Of a DNA stretch of 16,182 nt, positions 8,466-16,182 are shown one piece after another (position 1 is the stretch's first letter; each line of letters opens with the position of its first letter). This DNA comes from Fonticula alba ATCC 38817 (taxonomy: Eukaryota > Protista > Nucleariida), in the NCBI GenBank assembly GCA_000388065.2, contig KB932203.1. One strand, written 5' to 3'. The notes beneath the pieces were generated by a model, which saw only the letters and a list, made by a program, of their open reading frames with translations, ran no database searches and was not told where the DNA came from. A program made the translations under genes and the position numbers.

Positions 8466-10670
8466 CAGCCTGAGGCTGGTACTGCCACCGGGAAGCGCGT
8501 ACGTCCCCGCCTATGACCGCCACCTGCCGACCCGGCGCCCGCCGCCTCCCCGCTCCTGCGCCCCCTCTTACCTGTCGGATTACCGGGCCGCCCGTTGCAG
8601 AAACTCCCGGTCGCCCTGCTCTTCGTGCTTGGTAGCCTCCTGCTCTTCGGTGCCACGTTCACCCTCACCAGCAACGTCGTGTCGCTGGTGTCCGCCTCCA
8701 AGGAGGCCCCCCCGGCGAGCGCCACGGCCAGCGTCGCCGTCGCCGGCGGCGCCCCTCGTCTGGCCGGCCGCTCGAAGCACATCCGCCGCGGGCGCAAGCA
8801 CGCCCATGGCACTCCGGCTGATGTGCCGGACGCGCGCGTCGATGCCGACATCCCGCGCCCCTCGAACCCCAACACCTGCCGCGTGCCCAAGGACCCGGTT
8901 GCCGAGCGCCGGCCGCTGCACCGGGAGAACCGCCGCCGCGTGCTCGCCGGTACATGAGCCATCTCTCGCGCGTGCCCCGCATCGGCCCGTCGACTTGCCA
9001 GGCACTTACCTGCCCCTCTCGGCCCGCTCTCCGGCAATTTGCCGCATCCGCCCCATCACCCTGCCCGCTCTTCCTCTCGCCGGCCAGCTCTCCGCGAGGC
9101 GATCAACGCCGGGCGCCCCGGGGTCCGCCCGGGTGACGTGCTCATCCTGGCCGGCTCGTCGCACCAGTACCGGTCCAACACGCAGACGGCCGTGGCCTAC
9201 CGGCAGGATGCCAGCTTCCTGCACGCCACCGGCGTGCACGACGTCGCCGACGCGGTGCTCGTGGTGGCCGTCCCCTCCGGCCATGCGGAGCTCTTCTTCC
9301 CGGACCTGACCCGGCAGAACCTCATCTTCGAGGGCGGCTACGGAGACCTGGAGGACCGGGCCCGGGCGGCCGAGGTGGACGCCATCCAGGCGCGCTCCGA
9401 CCTGCTGGACATTCTGGAAGACCCGGAAGGCCCGTTCAAGGCCCGGCGCGTGTATGTCATGGACTCGGCCGAGGCCCTGCTGACCGCGGTGCCGGAGCTC
9501 CGGTCCGCCAATGTGACCATCATCGATGGCGAGGATTCCTGGCGCCAGCATGAGGACGAGCATGGCGGCAACCCGGCGGCCACCCGGTCGTCCGAGTGGA
9601 TCGATGCCCGGTCCGAGCTGGCCCGGTATCCGGACCTGCTGCCGGTGCAGGTGGCCGACCCGGAGGATCTGCTCGACCTGCCCACCTTCGAGCCAGTCGA
9701 CCGTCTGAATGGCACCCACACCCCGCATCTGGGGAACATCGTGCGCAGCGTGCGCCTGGTCAAGTCCCCGACCGAGATTGAGCGCATCGCCTACGCGGCG
9801 GCCGTCAGCTGCGAGGCGCACAACCAGGCCATGCAGGTCCGCGCACGCCCCTCCCCCTCTCCTCGATCACCCCGATGCCCTTTTCTTCCATCCTGGCTCC
9901 CATTCGGGCTTCCTTCCCCCAATCACACGCACACACGCACACACACACACACACACACACGCGCGCGTCCCCTTTCCCGTCAGCTCAAAGGCCCTGGCGA
10001 CCCTGACACAGCACAACCCCCCTCCCCTTTCGCCGTCCCGGGCAGAATGTCGCCACCAAGCGCATGCACGAGTACCATGTGGAGAGCGTCGTCAGCAAGG
10101 CCCTCGGTGTGTGCGGCCTGCGGCATCACGCCTATGAGCCAATTGTCGGTGCTGGTGACAACGGCGCCATCCTGCACTATGTGGCCAACTCCGACTCCCT
10201 GGAGGAGGGGGATCTCCTGGTGCTGGATGCGGCGGGCGAGCACCGCGGCTACGCCGCCGACCTGACCCGGACCTTCCCGGTGTCCGGCAAGTTCACTCCC
10301 ATTCAGCGCGAGGTGTATGACATCGTGCTGGAGGCCCAGCTTGAGGCCGTCGCCGCCTCGCGCCCGGGGATCACCTTTGCTGCCCTTGGCCGGATGACTC
10401 GCCAGACCCTCACGCGCCTCCTGCTGGAGGCGGGCTACCTGCAGAATGGCACCGTCGAGGAGCTCATGCAGCTGGACATCATCAGGTACATGGCGACCCG
10501 CCCTGGGGTGGGGATGCCCGCCTGTGGCATCTGGCTGGCTGGCTGGCTGGCAGGTAGGCAATGCCTCCTGCCCCCATCTGTGTGCTCATGCTCACCTGTC
10601 CGCCCTGCCTCTGACACCTCTGACCTTCTTACTCGTCTTTCTGCCTCCCCATTCGCACGAACGCGCACCG

Positions 10671-10704
<34 letters not shown>

Positions 10705-11035
10705 CACCTTCCTCCCTCACGGCCTCGGCCACTCAATCGGCCTGGATGTGCACGACCCGCAGCCGCGCGACTGGACCCTGGCCCCTGGCCACGTGCTGAC
10801 CATCGAGCCTGGCCTGTACTTCATCGACTTCCTGCTGGAGGAGGCCCGCACCCACCCGAGCCGCAGCAAGTACTACAACTTCGACAAGATCGACCAGATC
10901 CGCGGGGGCATCCGCATCGAGGATGTCGTCGTGGTGCAGCCGCTTCTGTCTTCCGGGGCTACCCAGCCCCCGGTTGTGCTCACCTCCACCTCTCCGAAGT
11001 TCGCCGACGACATCGAGAAGCTGATGGCCGAGTAA
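8466..11035 (+). CDS. Xaa-Pro aminopeptidase / prolidase-like metallopeptidase (MEROPS M24B) with N-terminal hydrophobic anchor; 5' partial; exons <8466-8498, 8601-8949, 9088-9836, 10046-10485, 10705-11035
   Basis: AMP_N-type segment (HRENRRRVL...YRQDASFLHATGV) precedes a pita-bread catalytic domain with all five metal ligands: LLVLDAAGE (D), YAADLTRTFP (D), PHGLGHSIGLDVHD (H), TIEPGLYF (E), GGIRIED (E). Four GT-AG introns (102, 138, 209, 219 nt) join in frame; 633 aa visible; stop TAA at 11033-11035. The start codon probably lies in the N-gap 8266-8464. Confidence 0.9.
9924..9968. repeat. (CA)n/(CG)n microsatellite in peptidase intron 9837-10045
   Basis: Direct reading. Confidence 0.85.
10672..10703. 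repeat. (CA)16 abutting the 3' splice site of peptidase intron 10486-10704
   Basis: Direct count; followed immediately by G10704, completing CAG. Confidence 0.9.
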
Positions 11036-11090
11036 GCCGACCCGCAGCGGCATCCGCACCTGGCGCGCCAATGCCGCCGGCCGCTTGGTA

Positions 11091-11134
<44 letters not shown>

Positions 11135-11135
11135 A
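11091..11135. repeat. (CAG/CAA)15 trinucleotide repeat just downstream of the peptidase stop
   Basis: Direct count. Confidence 0.9.
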
Positions 11136-11595
11136 GTGCGCGGGGAGGCGGCCCACCCTTGTCTTCCTCTTCCCCCTTTTCTTTTGTTGCGCAGCGCGTC
11201 CTCTCACGGATTGCGAGCGGACGGCAAAGGGAAAAGAAAAAACACACCCCTCCCCCCCAGAGAGCTCCCCACCATACACTGGCCCCAACCCCCACGGTGT
11301 GACACAGAGACAGGAGGGCCGGGCGGCCCGGCCCCCCGGGCAGGGCCGGGGGGAGAAAAATGGCAGAGGGGGATCGTCTATTGGGTGGGATAGGGATGGC
11401 AGATAGAGATCTGGAGGGGGGGGGGGAGAGAGAAAAACAAAGAAAGAAAGAGGCATACATGCGCGGACAGAGAGAAATAGAGCACAGGGAGCGGCAGGGA
11501 GAGGGCGGCCGAGTCACATTCACGACACACACACACACAGCCACTCGCCGAGGGGAGGAGGTGTGCACAGGTCTCTCCTTCGCACTCGCACGCAT

Positions 11596-12955
11596 TTACT
11601 CGGTCATCTTGATCTCACCAGCGGCACGGCGCTTGTTGAAGTCCGCCACCAGGGCCTCCTGCTCGTTGGGCAGAACCGGCGCATGCCGGGTGTACTCCAT
11701 GGTGAACTCGCCCTTGCCCTCGGACATGGAGCGCAGATCGGTCGAGAAGCCGAACATGACATTGAGCGGCACCTCGGCGGTGATGATGCACTGCTGGTAC
11801 ATGTTGATCTCGGTGCCGAGAATGATACCACGGCGGCGGTTCAGCTCGCCCATGGCCGACCCCTGGAACTCCTGCGGCACGGTGATGTCCACGCGCATGA
11901 TGGGCTCCATGATGATGGGCCCGGCCTCGAGGAAGGTCTGCCGGAAGGCGGTCTTGGTGGCCAGACGGAAGGACAACTCGTTGGAATCGACCGCATGGTG
12001 GAGACCATCCTCCAGGACCATGCGCACACCGCTGACCGGGTTGAAGGAAAGCGGCCCCTTGTCGACGGACTCCTTGAAACCACGCTCACAAGCCGGGATG
12101 AACTGCGGCGGGATGGACCCGGCCACGACGTCGTTGAAGAACTGCGGCGCGGCGGCCATGTCCTCCGGGGTCGAGCCGATGGGCTCCATGTAGCCGATGA
12201 CACGGCCGAACTGGCCGCTACCACCGGACTGCTTCTTGTGGGTGTAGTTGAAGGGCACCCGCTTGGAGATGGTCTCGCGGTAGGCCACCCGCGGCCGGCC
12301 GGTGATGCACTCGCAGTTGTACTCGCGCTTCATGCGCTCGACGTAAATCTCCAAGTGCAGCTCGCCCATGCCGCTGATGATGATCTCATTGCTGTCCGGG
12401 TCGTTGTGCATGCGGAAGGTCGGGTCTTCGCGCTGGAAGCGCTGCAGGGCCTTCATGAAGTTGGCATTGTTGCCCTTGTCCTTCGGGGCCAGGGACAGCG
12501 AGATGACCGGCTCCGGGACGAACATCGACTCCAGCGAGATCGACTCCACCGAGCTGTCGCCATTGGCCACGAAGGTGTCACCGGAAGAGCACTCCACACC
12601 GAAGAGGGCGCAAATCTCGCCGGCGCCAATCTCCTCCACGTCCTCCATCTCGTCGGAGTGCATGCGCACCAGACGCGGGACCTTGACGCGCTTGCCGCTG
12701 CGAACATTGGTCACGAAGTCACCACGGCGCAGGGTGCCCTGGTACACACGGACGTAAGTCAGCTGCCCGAAGCGACCCTCCTCCAGCTTGAAAGCCAGAG
12801 CCACGAGGGGCTTGGACGAGTCGGAGTGGAGCTCCACCTGCTGGTTGTCCTTCTTGGAGTCGACGGCGAAGTTCTGCACCTCCTTGGGGTTGGGGAGGAA
12901 CCGGCAAATGGCGTCCAGCAGGGCCTGGACACCCTTGTTCTTGAAAGCGGAGCCC

Positions 12956-12988
<33 letters not shown>

Positions 12989-14490
12989 GTGTGTGCGTGT
13001 GTGCGTGTGTGCGTGTGCGTGTGCGTGTGCGTGTGCGTGTGCGTGTGCGTGTGCGTGTGCGTGTGCGTGTGCGTGTGCGTGTTCGCGCGGGGATTGCGGA
13101 TGGGGGGGGGGCGGAAAAAAGGAAAGAATCCCGGTCAGATGGTGAGGTGGCAAAGGGGAGCAATGACTGTGCCCCACACAGTAGGGAGAGGACAAATCCA
13201 TCCGAAAAAAGTGCGCACCATCAGCACCGGGGAGAACTTGTTGGCGATGGTGGCACGGCGAATGGCGTCGTTGATGTTCTCAACGGTGATCTCCTCCTCC
13301 ATGATGACCTTCTCACCGAGCTCGTCATCCACATCGGCCAGGGCCTCGATGAGAGCCTGGCGGCGGGTCTCGGCCTCCTCCTGCAGGTCGGCCGGGATCT
13401 CCTTGACCTTGACCATCTCACCGCTCTCGCCCTCAAAGTAGAGGGCACGCATGTTGATCAGGTCGACGACACCCTGCAGGTTGCCCTCCAGGCCGATGGG
13501 CATCTGAATGGCGGCCGCGTTGACGTGAAGCTTCTCGCGGACCTGGGTGATGGCGCCGAAGGGGTCGGCACCGAGACTGGACAGACGCAGCCGCCAGGCG
13601 GGTTGTTAGCTCACAACAGCGAGAAGGGGGGGGGGAACCAGAGCAGGGCGAGCACCGAGCGAGGGGGAGCTATGCACACACCGATCAAGCTTGTTGATGA
13701 AGGTCACACGGGGCACCCCGTAGCGCTTCATCTGGCGATCGACAGTGGTGGTCTGACTCTGGACACCGGACGCGGCGCACACCAGCAGGACCGCACCATC
13801 GAGGACACGCAGAGAGCGCTCCACTTCGACGGTGAAATCAACGTGACCTATGGGTGCCGGGGGGAGGGGAGGGGGGAGACAGGTTAGTGCATGTGCATGC
13901 GCGCATGCATGCGCCTCTGCGAGATGGCCACGCACCCGGAGTATCAATCAGGTTGATATTGTAGTCGCCCCAGGAGCAGTAGGTGGCGGCCGACTGAATG
14001 GTGATACCCTTCTCGCGCTCGAGATCCATGGAATCCATCTTGGCACCGACACCATCCTTGCCGCGAACCTGGACGCGGAGAAGGGAGAGAGGGAGGGAGG
14101 GGGGGGGGAGGGATCAGGCCAAAGCCCCAGCGGGGGAGGGGGGAGAACGGGCCCTCGAGCAGGACACGTACATCATGGATGGCCTTGATACGACCACTGT
14201 AGAAGAGGATGCGCTCGGAGGTGGTGGTCTTGCCGGAGTCGATATGGGCCGAAATACCGATGTTACGCATGCGGGGGATGCGGACCTACGGTGGCACGCC
14301 AGGCAGGGAGGGAACGCCAAGTCGGGAAATACATATGGCAGCAGGGTGGCAAATGAGGGTGAGCTGCGCCTGCGGGACATGCGCGCGGGGGAGGCAAGTG
14401 GCGGACAGCTGGGAGGAGGATGGAGGGACGCACCTCATCAGAGTCGGCGACGCTGGAGTACAGGCACTTCTGCACAAGGCTGGCAGTGCC
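11596..14490 (-). CDS. MEF1: Mitochondrial translation elongation factor G1; 5' partial; exons 14490-14434, 14285-14172, 14068-13936, 13847-13682, 13576-13219, 12954-11596
   Basis: G1 [15 protein letters not shown] (the IDSG form typical of mtEF-G1); [18 protein letters not shown]; G3 IDTPGHVDF; G4 FINKLDR; [10 protein letters not shown]; [19 protein letters not shown]; [10 protein letters not shown]; [16 protein letters not shown]; MEPIM...; [21 protein letters not shown]. Five GT-AG introns (148, 103, 88, 105, 264 nt) join in frame; 728 aa visible. The presequence exon is presumably in the gap 14523-15111. The small 57-nt exon is the least certain. Human orthologue name: GFM1. Confidence 0.95.
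12956..13081. repeat. Compound (TG)14 + (TGTGCG)n tandem repeat in EF-G intron 13218-12955
   Basis: 126 bp of unbroken purine-pyrimidine alternation. Confidence 0.9.
13605..13609 (-). other. Branch point CTAAC, EF-G intron 13681-13577
   Basis: GCTAAC on the minus strand about 28 nt upstream of the CAG acceptor. Confidence 0.7.
13883..13887 (-). other. Branch point CTAAC, EF-G intron 13935-13848
   Basis: ACTAAC on the minus strand about 35 nt upstream of the TAG acceptor; matches the CURAY consensus. Confidence 0.7.
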
Positions 14491-14522
14491 CTGGAAGAGG
14501 GGAGGAAGAGGGGGAACGGGGG

Positions 14523-15111
14523 NNNNNNNNNNNNNNNNNNNNNNNNNNNNNNNNNNNNNNNNNNNNNNNNNNNNNNNNNNNNNNNNNNNNNNNNNNNNNN
14601 NNNNNNNNNNNNNNNNNNNNNNNNNNNNNNNNNNNNNNNNNNNNNNNNNNNNNNNNNNNNNNNNNNNNNNNNNNNNNNNNNNNNNNNNNNNNNNNNNNNN
14701 NNNNNNNNNNNNNNNNNNNNNNNNNNNNNNNNNNNNNNNNNNNNNNNNNNNNNNNNNNNNNNNNNNNNNNNNNNNNNNNNNNNNNNNNNNNNNNNNNNNN
14801 NNNNNNNNNNNNNNNNNNNNNNNNNNNNNNNNNNNNNNNNNNNNNNNNNNNNNNNNNNNNNNNNNNNNNNNNNNNNNNNNNNNNNNNNNNNNNNNNNNNN
14901 NNNNNNNNNNNNNNNNNNNNNNNNNNNNNNNNNNNNNNNNNNNNNNNNNNNNNNNNNNNNNNNNNNNNNNNNNNNNNNNNNNNNNNNNNNNNNNNNNNNN
15001 NNNNNNNNNNNNNNNNNNNNNNNNNNNNNNNNNNNNNNNNNNNNNNNNNNNNNNNNNNNNNNNNNNNNNNNNNNNNNNNNNNNNNNNNNNNNNNNNNNNN
15101 NNNNNNNNNNN
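14523..15111. other. Assembly gap (589 N), probably hiding the EF-G1 first exon
   Basis: N run flanked by G-rich sequence. Confidence 1.
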
Positions 15112-15423
15112 GGAGGGATCAGCAACAGGCAAGGGAGGCCGGATGGGGCGTGGGGGGGACGAAGCCGGAGCGAGAGGGACGCATACACGCAAACAAAAGG
15201 CCAATATCAGGAGAAGAGGACGCGGCACCCGGGGCGCCGTCCGGCCCAAAGGCCTCTGATAGACCTCTGGGCCACCAACCCCCCCCCCCCTCTCCCTGCG
15301 AAACCCCTCGCGCCGCCTCCCCCGCACCCCTGGGGCCCAACGTGGGCCGTGGCGCGCAGACCCTGCCGCGTCTTGTCCCCCTCCCCTGGCAGAGGCCGGC
15401 CGATTGACCAGATTCCCGGAGCC

Positions 15424-15906
15424 ATGTGTGGCGGGCAGGCCCTCTCCCGCGGCCGCCCCCCCCCCCCTCATGACCAATTCGCTCGGCAGTGGCTGAGGCG
15501 GATCTTGGTCGCGACGCTTGATGCCAATGCTCGGCCCGATGAGTCGATGCTCCTCGCGCAGGAAGATCGCCCGCGGCCACGGGCTGGAACGTGGCAGCCA
15601 TGGCTCAGAAGTGGCGGCGGCGGCGGCGGCGTCGGCGGCGGCTGTGGTTCCGACCGCGTGTGTGTCCCCCCCGGCCGGGCACCAGCCAGCAGCAGGCCCA
15701 CCCACATTCATGCTGGCCGCGAGGGAACCCCCCACACGCCCGCATAGCTCGTCGACCAGGACTCGCCCCGCTCCGGCCACATGTTCCGATGCTGCCATAA
15801 GAGGACCACGCACACACGCGCGCGCACGCGCACAAGCAAGGGAGCGGCAAGCGGGGGCGCAGCTGGGATACCAGATCTTGGCATCGCTATTTCCCTTTGC
15901 GCGTGA
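15424..15906 (+). CDS. Possible small hypothetical protein (~130 aa; exons 15424-15657, 15748-15906); strand and existence uncertain
   Basis: ATG in GCCATG context; candidate intron GTGTGT...GCATAG (90 nt, phase 0); protein-like stretches HDQFARQWLRRILVATLDANARPDESMLL and LVDQDSPRSGHMFRCCHKR; C-runs on the + strand. No recognisable homology, and the codon-aligned minus-strand frame looks equally plausible. Confidence 0.2.
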
Positions 15907-16182
15907 TCCCGAGGTCACGCCGTGATCCAGAACAGAATAGTGTTGTGGGTGGTCTTTTCAGTTGTGGGCTACATGACCCGCGACAGCCAGTCCGATCGCT
16001 TCGCCGCCCGGGGGCAGTTGCCTGTGTGAAATATGCGCGCGGCCTTTGCCCGGGATGTGGGGAAGAACACCAGCAGAGTACAAAGGTGGGGGGGGGGGGG
16101 GGCAAGAATGATCCCAACCGTGACCCCCGGCCGGGGCGCCCCGCATGTCGGCGCGGCCCACTCGAGACCGGGCGCGCCTGCC

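Noticed and set aside
5793-9309. ORFs of 388-548 aa crossing the intergenic region and N-gaps
   Set aside because: Their length depends on X-runs and G/C homopolymers (poly-Gly/Pro). Only the parts matching ATG5 and peptidase exons are credible.
9981-10011. Alternative acceptor GTCAG (9983) and nearby ACACAG for peptidase intron 3
   Set aside because: The 9983 acceptor does not enter the catalytic-domain frame. The acceptor at 10045 joins AMQ directly to NVATKRMHEYHVES in frame.
11085-11393. Poly-Gln ORF (MVQQQ...)
   Set aside because: Non-ATG start, only repeat-derived and low-complexity sequence, and located in a probable 3' UTR.
12956-13081. Regular tandem array as a possible CRISPR or mobile-element end
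   Set aside because: Simple di/hexanucleotide repeat without unique spacers, TIRs, target-site duplications or a transposase; eukaryotic intronic context.
11563-13887. 774-aa plus-strand ORF
   Set aside because: Antisense shadow of the GC3-biased EF-G1 coding strand. It reads through the TG repeat as VCVC/RVRV and has no recognisable motifs.
14209-15918. ORFs of 469-551 aa across the 589-N gap
   Set aside because: Artefacts of translating through Ns; continuity cannot be assessed.
1-16182. Functional cluster or operon linking TF, ATG5, peptidase and EF-G1
   Set aside because: Alternating orientations and unrelated functions; nothing in the sequence supports co-regulation beyond a shared divergent interval.

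Overview
GC-rich eukaryotic genomic DNA from a draft assembly with five N-gaps. It contains spliceosomal introns, long G/C homopolymers and CA/TG microsatellites. The composition and gene set suggest a GC-rich opisthokont protist such as Fonticula (inference, not verified). Four protein genes can be reconstructed by hand with in-frame GT-AG introns. (1) A C2H2 zinc-finger transcription factor with a CON7-type finger (+, 1822-4755, 1 intron). (2) A divergent ATG5 (-, 6615-5283, 3 introns, 299 aa). (3) An M24B Xaa-Pro aminopeptidase/prolidase-like enzyme with an N-terminal membrane anchor (+, <8466-11035, 4 introns, start probably in a gap). (4) Mitochondrial EF-G1 (-, >14490-11596, 5 introns, start probably in a gap). 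A possible short fifth gene near 15.4-15.9 kb is unresolved. Most other ORFs in the track are GC-driven shadows or span N-gaps. The most unusual signals are: donors with C at +4 in 12 of 13 introns and never A; acceptors where a (CA)n tract runs straight into the AG; a fungal-type CON7 finger in a probably non-fungal host; a membrane-anchored prolidase-like peptidase; and a sense-strand poly-C polarity that tracks the transcription units.
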